Positions 28,819-38,997 of a stretch of DNA of 64,000 bases are shown here, piece after piece. The stretch covers positions 640,001 through 704,000 of the forward strand of contig CAWBEI010000002.1 in the NCBI GenBank assembly GCA_963787835.1, in the 5' to 3' direction. The notes beneath the pieces were generated by a model that worked only from the letters and a program-made list of their open reading frames with translations, was not told where the DNA came from and did not search any database. The first letter of the stretch is position 1. Each line of letters begins with the position of its first letter. This DNA comes from Ignavibacteriota bacterium (lineage in GTDB: Bacteria > Bacteroidota > Ignavibacteria > Palsa-1295). A program made the translations under genes and the position numbers.

Positions 28819-30101
28819 AACGTCTTATCCTTGTTCTTGCTACTCTTGTTGTAAGTGTTAATGCGGCTTATTCCCAGCCTTCGGCAGATCTTGTAGCGCG
28901 CATCAATGAAACGGCTGCACTCTTAAATGCAACCCCGGGAGGCTATGATACCATGTTTAGCCCTGACTTCATTGCCCAAGTCCCGCCTTCGCAAATGACA
29001 GGCATCTGCACCGATTACTTCGATAAATACGGCGGAATAGTCCGATGGAACTATCTCGATTCCTCGAAGACCTCGAATGCAAAAGTTCGGATGGTGCTCT
29101 CGAAGGGATTTTCGGTAGATATGCACATTGGAATAGAGGAATCCGGCAATCACCTAATCAACTCTTTACTCTTCGGGCCAGGAACACCGCTGCTCAAATC
29201 GCTCGATGAGGTCGCAACCAAGATGAGTAAGCTTCGCGGCGTAACAGGATTCCTTGCCGCAAAGCTGAGCATGACTGGGATCGAACCAATAGCAAAATGG
29301 AACCCCGACACATCTCTTGCGCTCGGTTCCGCATTCAAGCTTTATGTGCTTGCGACTTTACTGAAAGAAATAAATTCTGGCACGCGGCATTGGAGCGACG
29401 TCATCTACCTCGATTCTGCCTCTCGCGCATTCCCTTCCGGCCAAATGCACGCGTGGCCGATCGGCTCGCCCGTCACACTCGCAACCGCGGCTACGCTCAT
29501 GATCTCCATCAGTGATAATACTGCTACCGATCTGCTTATTCACACGCTTGGGCGAAAAAATATCGAAGCCATGCTTCGCGAAGCAGGTAATAGTCATGCC
29601 GATCGTGACATTCCGTTCCTCACAACGCTTGAAATGTTCAAGCTGAAATCGAACGATTGCAAAATGGGGAAGCAATATGTCGAGTTACTCCAAACGATGA
29701 GAAGTAGCTATTTGGACGAACACGTCGCTAAATTCCCGCGCGATAGTGTTGCCTTCGGAGGTGGCGTTGCAATGATCGATAAGATCGAGTGGTTCGCATC
29801 ACCGAACGATATTGCAAATGTATTGAAATATATTCGCGACCACTCCACGACTAGTGAAGGCGCACATGTTCGAGACATTCTTGCCGTCAATGCTGGCCTT
29901 TCGATCGAGAAATCAAAATGGGAGTATATCGGCTACAAAGGCGGGTCTGAGCCCGGAGTGCTAAACCTTTCCTATTTATTGCGTTCACGATCAAGCGGAG
30001 ACTGGTATGTTATCACCGGAACCTGGAATGATACGGAAGCCGCGCTGGACGAGACTAATTTCGAAGGGTACATTCAGCGCGCCACGGAACTTGCACCGTA
30101 A
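28815..30101 (+). CDS. Exported class A beta-lactamase-like serine hydrolase with N-terminal extension
   Basis: SxxK (SAFK), SDN and KGGS motifs; signal peptide from ATG 28815. Confidence 0.8.
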   Translation: MKRLILVLATLVVSVNAAYSQPSADLVARINETAALLNATPGGYDTMFSPDFIAQVPPSQMTGICTDYFDKYGGIVRWNYLDSSKTSNAKVRMVLSKGFSVDMHIGIEESGNHLINSLLFGPGTPLLKSLDEVATKMSKLRGVTGFLAAKLSMTGIEPIAKWNPDTSLALGSAFKLYVLATLLKEINSGTRHWSDVIYLDSASRAFPSGQMHAWPIGSPVTLATAATLMISISDNTATDLLIHTLGRKNIEAMLREAGNSHADRDIPFLTTLEMFKLKSNDCKMGKQYVELLQTMRSSYLDEHVAKFPRDSVAFGGGVAMIDKIEWFASPNDIANVLKYIRDHSTTSEGAHVRDILAVNAGLSIEKSKWEYIGYKGGSEPGVLNLSYLLRSRSSGDWYVITGTWNDTEAALDETNFEGYIQRATELAP

Positions 30102-30107
30102 TGTAAC

Positions 30108-30632
30108 GTGGAGCGTCCATTCCCATATAATCGTGTTTGTCTGATCGGCGTTTCTGCTTCTGGCAAAACGACGCTGGCAAAGCAACTTGCCCAACACATG
30201 GAGTGCGAGCACATCGAGCTGGATGCACTCTATCATGAACCGGAATGGAAAGAAGCTGAACTAAAAGATTTTCGAGAACGAGCAGAGTCAAGGTTATCTG
30301 CTGAACGGTGGGTTTGCGATGGCTTCTATGCAAATTGGGCGCGTCAATTTGACCGAGCAGATCTCATCATTTGGCTGGACTATCCCTTTAGAATTATTTT
30401 ACGCCGCGTGCTGTGGCGGACATTCAAGCGACTTCTGACAAAAGAAGAACTATGGAATGGCAATCGCGAATCATGGAAAATGACCTTCTCGAATAAGAGC
30501 ATTATCGCATGGGTCTTCAAAGTCTATTGGAAGCGTAAGAAAGAAACGCCACGATTTCTGGAATTATTCGAAGCGGAGAAATTGCGGTTCGGCCATCCGC
30601 GAGAATTGGAGCGATGGCTTAGTGATTTTTAG
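30108..30632 (+). CDS. Adenylate-kinase-like P-loop protein (topology modulation protein family)
   Basis: GVSASGKTT, IELDALY, WVCDG, IWLD and ELWNGNRES. Confidence 0.8.
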   Translation: MERPFPYNRVCLIGVSASGKTTLAKQLAQHMECEHIELDALYHEPEWKEAELKDFRERAESRLSAERWVCDGFYANWARQFDRADLIIWLDYPFRIILRRVLWRTFKRLLTKEELWNGNRESWKMTFSNKSIIAWVFKVYWKRKKETPRFLELFEAEKLRFGHPRELERWLSDF

Positions 30633-30907
30633 AAAAGATCCAGCGTCACGCGTTTCCCAAGCGCCTTGGCATATTTTTGAAGTGTAGATATACGCATATC
30701 TTTGGCATGACGTTCGATTCTTGAGATCGCAGACTTATTCGTGCGAAGCTTTTTTGCAACTTGCTCCTGGGTCAACCCAGCTTGTTCACGTGCAACCTTC
30801 AGCATGACACCGAGCTTGAATTGTTGATAACCCTCCTCATAGCTTTTCGCAAATTCGGGATCGCGTTTAATTCGTGCTTCCCGATACCGTTGTAAGTCGT
30901 CTTTCAT
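30629..30907 (-). CDS. XRE/HTH antitoxin (HigA-like)
   Basis: AREQAGLTQEQVAKKL..KSAISRIE; overlaps the toxin stop. Confidence 0.88.
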   Translation of the reverse strand: MKDDLQRYREARIKRDPEFAKSYEEGYQQFKLGVMLKVAREQAGLTQEQVAKKLRTNKSAISRIERHAKDMRISTLQKYAKALGKRVTLDLF

Positions 30908-31254
30908 TGCCCATACCTCCTTAAATAATCCTTCTTTCTTCGCTCCGCGAGTTCAATTTCGGATGGCGGGGTTTTCATCGTCTTTTTACTAAACCCATTT
31001 GTCAACACGATTGAATTCGCACCGGAAAAGAATCCGAGAACGCGAAGGCTCACGCCGCCAAATCTTGCCCGCAACGCCCAAATACCTGACGTGCCTCGCA
31101 GTTTTTCGAAATATTCTGCTGGAACGAGCAGAGTTTCAGCAACCACGCGCATGACCCAGTCGATCTTTTGCATTTCTTTTCCAGACAGCGAATCAAGAAA
31201 CTCCTCTACCGGACATCTTCCTGTTTCCGTCCGATAAAATTCAAAAGTTCGCAT
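30904..31254 (-). CDS. RelE/ParE-superfamily toxin (Gp49-like)
   Basis: FYRTETGRCPVEEFL and LTNGFSKKTMKTPPSEIELA. Confidence 0.88.
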   Translation of the reverse strand: MRTFEFYRTETGRCPVEEFLDSLSGKEMQKIDWVMRVVAETLLVPAEYFEKLRGTSGIWALRARFGGVSLRVLGFFSGANSIVLTNGFSKKTMKTPPSEIELAERRKKDYLRRYGQ

Positions 31255-31264
31255 TCATGACAAA

Positions 31265-31282
31265 GTTAACATTAACGTTAAC
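31265..31282. promoter_or_regulatory. Probable TA operator palindrome
   Basis: GTTAAC-ATTAAC-GTTAAC just upstream of the toxin start. Confidence 0.55.
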
Positions 31283-31327
31283 CACATGTTCGAGAGATCA
31301 GTTGCAGATCAATTAAAAGTCAAGGTT

Positions 31328-33823
31328 TTAGATCATAGAGGGATACCGCATGGGATCGCTCTCGTGCATGAGGGCATAGATGCGCTCGAACATCGTCTCG
31401 ACGTTCGGCTTCGAGAAATAATCGCCGTCGGAACCATACGCGGGGCGGTGATTCGTGCCGGTAATGGTTACCGGATCGGAATCCAGCCAGCGGTAACCGC
31501 CTTGTTTTTCGAGGACTTCACGCATCATATACGCCGTCGCACCGCCGGGGACGTCCTCATCGGCGAAAACGATGCGGTTGGTCTTTTTGAGCGATTCGAG
31601 AATGATTGCATGTCGATCGAATGGCAATAACGTTTGCACATCGATGACTTCCATGGAAATATCGAACTTCGCAAGTTCTTCGGCGCATTCCATCGCGATG
31701 CGGCACATGGCGCCGTAGGTAACGAGCGTGACGTCCGTGCCTTCTCGCAGAATTTCTGGAACTCCAAGCGGAACGGTGAACTCGCCAACATTCGCGGGGA
31801 TGGTCTCCTTCAAACGGTAACCATTCAGCACTTCCACGATAAGCGCGGTATCATCGGACTGAAGCATGGTGTTGTAAAAACCGGCTGCTTGTGTCATGTT
31901 GCGCGGAACGAGGACGTACATCCCGCGCAGTGAATTCAGCACCATTCCCATCGGGGAGCCGGAATGCCAAACGCCTTCTAATCGGTGTCCGCGCGTGCGA
32001 ACAATGACGGGAGCTTTCTGCCCGCCTTTGGTACGCCATTGCAATGTCGCAAGGTCATCCGTCATTGGTTCCAGACCGAAGATAAGATAATCGAGATATT
32101 GAATTTCAACGATAGGCCGCAATCCGCGCATAGCCGCGCCGATGCCTTGACCGATGATCGTGGCTTCGCGAATGCCGGTATCCGTCACGCGAAGTTCCCC
32201 ATACTTCGCCTGCATATCTTCGAAGCCTTTGTTGACATCTCCTATAACGCCAATATCTTCACCGATCGCGAACACGCGCGGGTCACGAGCAAGTGCATGA
32301 TCGAAGCACGCCTGCATCACCTGGCGACCATCTACTTTCGCTTCATCGCCGGTGTATTGCGGCTTGATCTCCGGAACATTCAGCGCCGATTCTGCTGACT
32401 CGCTATAAATATGCGATGAATATTCATCCTCATGCCGCGCATCGGCTTTTCGCTTCCAATGCCACAGGTCGGCAGCGTGCCCTTTGCCTGCAAGACGAAT
32501 TACCTTGCCGACCGCACTATAAACATCTTTATTGATCGGCTCCTTGATGGCATTCAGTGAATCTTTAACTGCAATAATTTCACTGCTCGCGTTCGTTTGC
32601 GTAGCGATCTGATCGAAGATCGCGCTTACATCTCCAACATCCTGCTTGATAGGCGCAAGGTATGCATCCCACGCAGCTTGCTTAGCGGCATCGACGAATT
32701 TCTTATCCTCGGCATCGATCGCATCCATATCCTCAGCAGACGCAAGATCGTTCGCAACGATCCACTCGCGGAAACGCGTGACGCAATCGTGCTCGGCTTC
32801 CCATTCGAGGCGTTCCTTGGATTTATAGCGCTCATGGGAACCGGAAGTGGAGTGTCCCTGCGGCTGCGTAAGTTCGGTAATGTGGAAAAGAACCGGCGTA
32901 TGCTCCTTCCGTGCGCGTTCCGTGCCTTCTCGATATGCCGATAGCAGCGCCGGATAATCCCAGCCATTGACTCGGTAGATAAGGTAGCCTTCGCCGAACT
33001 CGTTCGTTTCGAATCCTTTGAGGATCTCCGAGATATTTTCTTTCGTCGTCTGATATTTCGCAGGGACGCTGATACCATAGCCATCGTCCCACACGCTGAT
33101 GGCCATTGGCACGCGCAGCACTCCGGCAGCATTGAATGCTTCCCAAAACATTCCTTCAGAAGTGGAGGCATTACCGATGGTGCCGAATGCAACTTCATTC
33201 CCATGATCGGAGAATTGCTCGAAGCCGTGTTGAAGGACAGGAGTTTCTCGATAAAGCTTGGAGGCATAGGCCAGCCCGACGAGGCGCGGCATTTGTCCGC
33301 TGGTCGGAGATACATCGGCGGAGGAATTTTTCTGCGCCATCACATTCTTCCAGGAACCGTCTTCGTTCAGGCTGCGGGTTCCGAAATGACCGTTCATCAT
33401 GCGGCCCGCACTGGCGGGTTCCGCTTCCACCGAAGTATGCGCATACAACTGAGCGAAAAATTCCTGAACAGAATGAATACCGGCAGCGATCATGAAGGTT
33501 TGGTCGCGGTAGTAGCCTGCGCGCCAATCGCCGTTGCGGAACACGCGCGCCATCGCAACCTGCGGCAGTTCCTTGCCATCGCCGAAAATGCCGAACTTCG
33601 CCTTGCCCGTCAGCACCTCGCGCCGCCCCAGCAGACTGGCAAGCCGGCTTTGGTGGCAAATGCGGTAATCGAAAAGAATTTCCTCTCGCGTTAAGCTAGT
33701 TTCCTCGAATGGCGAATGGTGAGCATGCCCATTATTAGAAGGGAGTTGACCATTCGTTGATACCGCTACGAGGCTTTTCTGTTTGGATGTTTTTTCCGGC
33801 ATTTTGACTATAACATTCTTCAT
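31328..33823 (-). CDS. Fused E1 alpha/beta 2-oxoacid (branched-chain-type) dehydrogenase
   Basis: GRREVLTGKAKFGIFGDGKE, GNASTSEG, GHSTSGSHERYK, EIQYLDY and GVWHSGSP. Confidence 0.9.
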   Translation of the reverse strand: MKNVIVKMPEKTSKQKSLVAVSTNGQLPSNNGHAHHSPFEETSLTREEILFDYRICHQSRLASLLGRREVLTGKAKFGIFGDGKELPQVAMARVFRNGDWRAGYYRDQTFMIAAGIHSVQEFFAQLYAHTSVEAEPASAGRMMNGHFGTRSLNEDGSWKNVMAQKNSSADVSPTSGQMPRLVGLAYASKLYRETPVLQHGFEQFSDHGNEVAFGTIGNASTSEGMFWEAFNAAGVLRVPMAISVWDDGYGISVPAKYQTTKENISEILKGFETNEFGEGYLIYRVNGWDYPALLSAYREGTERARKEHTPVLFHITELTQPQGHSTSGSHERYKSKERLEWEAEHDCVTRFREWIVANDLASAEDMDAIDAEDKKFVDAAKQAAWDAYLAPIKQDVGDVSAIFDQIATQTNASSEIIAVKDSLNAIKEPINKDVYSAVGKVIRLAGKGHAADLWHWKRKADARHEDEYSSHIYSESAESALNVPEIKPQYTGDEAKVDGRQVMQACFDHALARDPRVFAIGEDIGVIGDVNKGFEDMQAKYGELRVTDTGIREATIIGQGIGAAMRGLRPIVEIQYLDYLIFGLEPMTDDLATLQWRTKGGQKAPVIVRTRGHRLEGVWHSGSPMGMVLNSLRGMYVLVPRNMTQAAGFYNTMLQSDDTALIVEVLNGYRLKETIPANVGEFTVPLGVPEILREGTDVTLVTYGAMCRIAMECAEELAKFDISMEVIDVQTLLPFDRHAIILESLKKTNRIVFADEDVPGGATAYMMREVLEKQGGYRWLDSDPVTITGTNHRPAYGSDGDYFSKPNVETMFERIYALMHESDPMRYPSMI

Positions 33824-33867
33824 GGGGCTTTTCTTCCCCACCCGAAAACTGCGTCAGGATGGGCGTG

Positions 33868-35898
33868 TCAGCGGAGCACCACGATCGTTCGGGTTTCGGA
33901 GCGACCGGTTGCGGATGAGATCCTTACAATTTTCAGGCCTGAGGTGAGCGCGGTGAGATCGAGCGGGAATGGGTCGGTACTGAGATCGGCGGTCGTTTGC
34001 AATTCCATCCTTCCGAGGGTGTTCAGAAGTTCAATCCGCGCAGAGGCTATTGGGCTGGAAGACGTAATTTCAGCGACAGTGCTCACAGGGTTTGGCGTGA
34101 TACTAAAAACCGGCACACTACCGTTTCGTAAAAGATCGCTAAGAATAGTTTGCGCACAATTACCCGACCCGCAGATCTGCGTAGTGACGCCAACGATCGA
34201 ACCGCAGAATGTCCCGCCGGGAAGCTTGCTTGCACCGATCGTGATCTGAGCGCAATTTTGCTGAGTTGGGAAAAAACCAAAATGCAAAAGCGCGATCACG
34301 CTATCGAGCGCAAGCCCCGTTTGTGCATGAATATGAAGTATCTTCACGTTGCTCTCCGATGTGACAGAATCGATCCGCGTGCCATCGAGATCGTATCCGC
34401 CTTGAAAGACGAGCACCGTGGAATCGTAAATAATTTCCAGATTGATCGGCGATGGAACGTTTATATTAGATTTCAGCGGCAGCACGAGATCGCCGATCGT
34501 ATCTGTGATGATCCGATTAGCCGAGAGCACGATCGTTCCGCTGGAACCGTGCCCGCCAAGCTGGAGTAGCAGCACCTGACCATCGCTAAGCGTGATCCGA
34601 AGGCTTGCGGAATACGCGCGCGCGCTATCCGGAGCAAACAGGATAATATCGGAATCAAGGCTCGCTACGCTCGAATCCGAAAGGCGCGTAAACTGGTAGT
34701 ACATCGAATCCGGCCCGACGATCTGCTGCGAAACAATGGTTGGCGGAACGCAAATATATCCGGAATACGGTAAAATATTAACGCTCTTCGCGAGAGTTCC
34801 GCAAGCCGGAAGTGTGTCGCCGTTGAACAGCGATGCAGCCGAAAGCTGCGGCGCAACATATTCCTCGTTAATAGGAACTCCGGCAGAATTCGTGGTTCGC
34901 CAAATGCTTCCTCCGCTATCGAGCGCGATGATAAGGCTATCGTTAATGGCGCAGATCGAACGTGTATCGATCCCGGAGTTCGGCCCGCCGATCGACTCCC
35001 AATTCCCGCCTATCGCGCGATAAACACCGCCGGCATTACTCGCTGTAAAGATACAATTCGTGCCCGCCTCGACCGATCCTGTGAAATATTTCGGCACATT
35101 AGTAACGCTTGTCTGCCAGCTTGCGCCGCCATCCGTGGAGGATAACACCTGCGAGATCGTATCGAATGGGAAATAATTCTCATTCGTAAGATACCCAACT
35201 CCCTGACAGGAATCGAAGGTGAGGCTGTAGCAATCTGCAATGAATTGACCGGCAAGCGATTGCCAGCTCGCACCATCATCGGTGGATTCATACATCAACC
35301 CCACATAATCATACGAGGGAACGAATAATTTCGAGGCAAGCAGATACAGCGAGCCTTTTCGGTACAGGATCTGTGTAGCATTAGTATCTACACGCTGAAC
35401 GTTCCAGGTGGTGCCTGCGTCATTGGAGATCCACACTTCACCGCCGAAATCCGAGAGCGCAATGCGTCCGGGCGACTCCATAAACGTTCCGTTCGCCATG
35501 CCATCGACCTGATTTGCAAGCTTGTTCTGCCAGGTATTGCCGCCATCGGTCGTGAGATAAGCGCCGAAGAACGTTGTAACAATGCCGTTATTCTTATCGA
35601 TAAAATTAATATCCTCGATACGGTCCAGCGTGGGGTCGAAGAACTGCGGGATCTGCCGCCAGGTTGCGCCGCTGTCATTCGAGCGGCAGAGGGTCAGGCA
35701 GCCAGCCCAGACGATGCCATCCTTATACGTGATCGCTGCGCTCTCGACGGGAAGGCTGCCGATAGCCTGATTCGCTACAATGCTCCATTGTGCGCTAGCC
35801 TTCCGAGACATAAATAGTTGAAAGGACAACAGCATCACCACGGTCAGGGCCGCCGACCGAAAACTCCAAAAGGACGCCCGCTGGAACAGATGCCGCAT
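33868..35898 (-). CDS. BNR/Asp-box beta-propeller protein with T9SS sorting domain
   Basis: Repeated SxDxGxTW; C-terminal SITPNP..LLNTLGR; signal peptide ending KASAQ. Confidence 0.8.
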   Translation of the reverse strand: MRHLFQRASFWSFRSAALTVVMLLSFQLFMSRKASAQWSIVANQAIGSLPVESAAITYKDGIVWAGCLTLCRSNDSGATWRQIPQFFDPTLDRIEDINFIDKNNGIVTTFFGAYLTTDGGNTWQNKLANQVDGMANGTFMESPGRIALSDFGGEVWISNDAGTTWNVQRVDTNATQILYRKGSLYLLASKLFVPSYDYVGLMYESTDDGASWQSLAGQFIADCYSLTFDSCQGVGYLTNENYFPFDTISQVLSSTDGGASWQTSVTNVPKYFTGSVEAGTNCIFTASNAGGVYRAIGGNWESIGGPNSGIDTRSICAINDSLIIALDSGGSIWRTTNSAGVPINEEYVAPQLSAASLFNGDTLPACGTLAKSVNILPYSGYICVPPTIVSQQIVGPDSMYYQFTRLSDSSVASLDSDIILFAPDSARAYSASLRITLSDGQVLLLQLGGHGSSGTIVLSANRIITDTIGDLVLPLKSNINVPSPINLEIIYDSTVLVFQGGYDLDGTRIDSVTSESNVKILHIHAQTGLALDSVIALLHFGFFPTQQNCAQITIGASKLPGGTFCGSIVGVTTQICGSGNCAQTILSDLLRNGSVPVFSITPNPVSTVAEITSSSPIASARIELLNTLGRMELQTTADLSTDPFPLDLTALTSGLKIVRISSATGRSETRTIVVLR

Positions 35899-36000
35899 AA
35901 AACCCAACTGAAAAAGAAGCGATCACATATAGCTCGTATATACAAGACACTTTAATTCGAATAAGGTAACAGAAAATCCTGAAAATAATGTCCGAAAGAA

Positions 36001-36161
36001 TCAGAACCAGGATGACGCGGATTTGGGCGGATGACGCGGATAGATTGGTGTTCATCCGCGACTTTCTTCTCTAAAACCACATCGCGCTATTTCAATCCAG
36101 AAGAACCACTCCTAAACATCCGCGTAATCCCCTTTCCTAATCCGCGTAATCCAGGTTCAGA
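36001..36161. repeat. Inverted repeat element, family B
   Basis: TCAGAACCAGGATGACGCGGAT...ATCCGCGTAATCCAGGTTCAGA. Confidence 0.8.
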
Positions 36162-36169
36162 TAATCCCT

Positions 36170-38383
36170 TCACGGCAAAACCACCATCCCCCGCGTTTGG
36201 GACGAACCGCCGCTCTCCAGACGGTAGAAATACACGCCGCTTGGGGTGTTCCCGCGCTGGAACGGCACCTCATGCTCGCCGGCATCCATAAAGCCATTCG
36301 CAAGCGCAGCCACTTCGCGGCCCGTGGCGTCGTAGATAGTGAGGGTAATGTAGGATGGTTCCGGAAGTGTGAACGAGATTGTGGTGCTTTGGGTGACGGG
36401 GTTGGGGGAGTTCTGAGTTAGGAGAATGGATGACGGTTGCACGGGAGCTGATTGGACGGCATCAAGAGTGGGGTTGACACTTCGATAAAGACCGGATTCT
36501 GTTTCAACGAATACGTATCCATTAGGGGACAATGCTAGTGACCTTACCGATTTGTCACTCAAGCCACTATTTAGGGAATCCCAAGACATTCCTTCGTCGG
36601 TAGAGCGATACACACCCTCGAAGGGACTACTATTATAATTTACGTAGCCGAGATATAGATAGTTTTGTGCATCTGTGAGCATAGACATTTCTGCGATTTC
36701 ACCTTCAGTTGTGTCCAATCGCGAAACATTTTGCCAAGTATCTCCATCATCTTTCGAACAAAAAATTCGAGTGCTACCAGAGGCTGCAAAAATATTTCCA
36801 TTTTTGTCAATAGCAAGTGCATAAATATCGCTGTCAGTTAAACCGGCATTGGTCTGTTTCCAATTCTTACAGCCGTCTGTTGAGCGAAAAATGCCACTAC
36901 TAGAGCCGACAAAAATATTGCAGGAACGATCAGAAATAAGGCATTCTGGTGCGCCTGGAATACCGGGTGCAGATTCATGCCAACTACTTCCAGAGTCGGA
37001 AGAAAAGAACATTCGATTAGGTATTGCTTCGTTCGAATAGAGGTAAAGATTTCCACAGCCATCTGTAACAGGTCCCCATACATTACCCGAATCAATTGAA
37101 GCGGGCAAACCCGAATCGCATAAATCCCAATGCGAACCGAAATCACTGGTACGCAAGCAATCAACGTAGTCCCATAAATACAGCGAATTCCCCATAATAG
37201 GTTGCCAATCGGTTGAATAATTTGTGTTGATTGGGACTTCGATTGGGAACCATGTGCTCCCCAAATCCGTGGAATAGGAAGAGCCTGTTGTTAAAGTCCC
37301 ATTCTGGGATATATTAAGATTGTATAGTGTTCCTAAACCATGTCCTATCACTGTCCATGTGTTCCCATTATCGGTTGATTCTTCCAATCCGTAATAATCG
37401 GTTCCCGCATAGATGCTATTACCAGTCGAATTAATTGCAATACACTTAATAAACTGACTTTTGAGTTCCGAATCCAATGACTCCCAAGTATTTCCGTTAT
37501 CTGTAGAGCGGAAAAGTCCCACATCACTGGGCCACAATATGGAGTAGGTAGTGATAAATAGCGTTCCGTTGGGTGAAACCGTGAGAGAACTTACTTCAGC
37601 AGAGTCCGTAGGGGCATTTTGAAGCTGAGTCCAATTACTATCGTCCAAGCGAAACAAACCATTGTTACAACTTGCGAAAGGAGTTCCGTTCAAACTAACT
37701 CCGAGCAAATTACCGTATTCAGAAAGAGTATCGGCTGACACACGATTCCAATTTGTTTTATCGCTCGATTTAAAAATTATTCCATTGCTTATACCAGCAA
37801 AAATATTATTGTTTTTATCGACAGCGAAGGCAATTGACTGATTAAAAGTGTTATTGGGCCCCTCATACGGAGCAATCCATTCGTATAACGCGGTGTATTG
37901 CCAGCTAAGCCCTTCATCAGTTGAAATCATGACACCGAGCGTATCAAAATCATAGCTTGATTGATGAGGAAAGCCTTGCATGTATACCTGGGCAGCCCAT
38001 CCAGCAATTAAGTCACCGAGACTATCAACAGTAAAAGGTGCGCCCACATTGGGAATCAATTGCCAAGAAAAACCAACGTCAGTTGAACGATATATATTGC
38101 GGTTGTAATCTTCACCAAAAAGGTGGCTGTTTGGACTTTTCCACATTGCTGCAAAGTCCCAGGGGGAATCCGGTTGAGGTTCTTGCCATGTTAAACCTTC
38201 ATCATTCGATATGAAAATATTACCATCGCTGGCGATGATTGTTCCATCATCTTCAATTGTGATTGCACTCGCGGTAGAAGGGGTTGTGTTTCCCACCGGT
38301 TCCCAAAAATTCTGCGCTACGCTTGGGCTGTCGGCGAATAGCACCAGCGCGGCGAGGAGGAGGAATGTGAGTTTGGGGAACAT
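36170..38383 (-). CDS. BNR/Asp-box beta-propeller protein with T9SS sorting domain
   Basis: Many (R)STDxGxSW repeats; C-terminal QNSPNP..IYDATGREV..SGVYFYRL. Confidence 0.85.
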   Translation of the reverse strand: MFPKLTFLLLAALVLFADSPSVAQNFWEPVGNTTPSTASAITIEDDGTIIASDGNIFISNDEGLTWQEPQPDSPWDFAAMWKSPNSHLFGEDYNRNIYRSTDVGFSWQLIPNVGAPFTVDSLGDLIAGWAAQVYMQGFPHQSSYDFDTLGVMISTDEGLSWQYTALYEWIAPYEGPNNTFNQSIAFAVDKNNNIFAGISNGIIFKSSDKTNWNRVSADTLSEYGNLLGVSLNGTPFASCNNGLFRLDDSNWTQLQNAPTDSAEVSSLTVSPNGTLFITTYSILWPSDVGLFRSTDNGNTWESLDSELKSQFIKCIAINSTGNSIYAGTDYYGLEESTDNGNTWTVIGHGLGTLYNLNISQNGTLTTGSSYSTDLGSTWFPIEVPINTNYSTDWQPIMGNSLYLWDYVDCLRTSDFGSHWDLCDSGLPASIDSGNVWGPVTDGCGNLYLYSNEAIPNRMFFSSDSGSSWHESAPGIPGAPECLISDRSCNIFVGSSSGIFRSTDGCKNWKQTNAGLTDSDIYALAIDKNGNIFAASGSTRIFCSKDDGDTWQNVSRLDTTEGEIAEMSMLTDAQNYLYLGYVNYNSSPFEGVYRSTDEGMSWDSLNSGLSDKSVRSLALSPNGYVFVETESGLYRSVNPTLDAVQSAPVQPSSILLTQNSPNPVTQSTTISFTLPEPSYITLTIYDATGREVAALANGFMDAGEHEVPFQRGNTPSGVYFYRLESGGSSQTRGMVVLP

Positions 38384-38474
38384 GGTATTTGTTGCAATGA
38401 AAAGCCGCCACGGAAGCCAAAAGTGCCCATGAGGGAGGGTAATTAGGAGTGCATAGGTCTGAACCCTTATACCT

Positions 38475-38545
38475 GTAGCACCGGCGTCCTCGCCGGTCCC
38501 CCTTCCGACACGCGACCGGGGAACAGGCGAGGACGCCTGCGCTAC
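38475..38545. repeat. GTAG-type REP doublet (intergenic)
   Basis: GTAGCACCGGCGTCCTCGCCGGT ... ACAGGCGAGGACGCCTGCGCTAC; each arm is a hairpin. Confidence 0.85.
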
Positions 38546-38560
38546 GGGGGTGATGATCTA

Positions 38561-38829
38561 TTTTCGATTATTTTCGTGAAATGCTTGCATTCGGGTTTTT
38601 GTCGCCATATATTAGGGATTGCTTTGATGAGCACCCTTTTTCAATTACGAATTAAGAGTTGGGGAAGGCTCGTATGTTCACTGAAAATTGAGATGGAATA
38701 GATTTCTTGGAGAAATTAATGAACAATTACTTTAAAGTAAAATATAGTTCATTAAATGACAATTCAGTTGCGTTTAATGGGCACCAATGTCTTGAAGAAA
38801 CAAATGTTGAAATTGGCTCAATTTCGAGG
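38561..38829 (+). other. Promoter-bearing repeated element, copy 1
   Basis: TTGCAT-17-TATATT (38585-38613); colinear similarity blocks shared with the reverse complement of 58533-58795. Confidence 0.6.
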
Positions 38830-38844
38830 ACAGATCATGAAGGC

Positions 38845-38944
38845 GAACCTGGATTACGCGGATTGGATGGATTACACGGATAGTTCGCTGCCAATGCACC
38901 ATCCGCGTAATCTCCCCAAATTATCCTCGTAATCCAGGTTCTGA
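38845..38944. repeat. Inverted repeat element, family B
   Basis: GAACCTGGATTACGCGGATTGGATGGATTACACGGAT...ATCCGCGTAATC..GTAATCCAGGTTCTGA. Confidence 0.85.
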
Positions 38945-38997
38945 TTCATGGGGGACGAAATTCCCACACCTATCGTTGAAGACGGTTGAGGGAAAAT

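Noticed and set aside
28815-30101. Bona fide resistance beta-lactamase
   Set aside because: It has KGG rather than KTG and a long N-domain, typical of beta-lactamase-like serine hydrolases; activity cannot be inferred.
38384-38997. Cobalamin riboswitch upstream of the mutase
   Set aside because: No recognisable B12-box or conserved core; the region is explained by repeats and the two-copy element.
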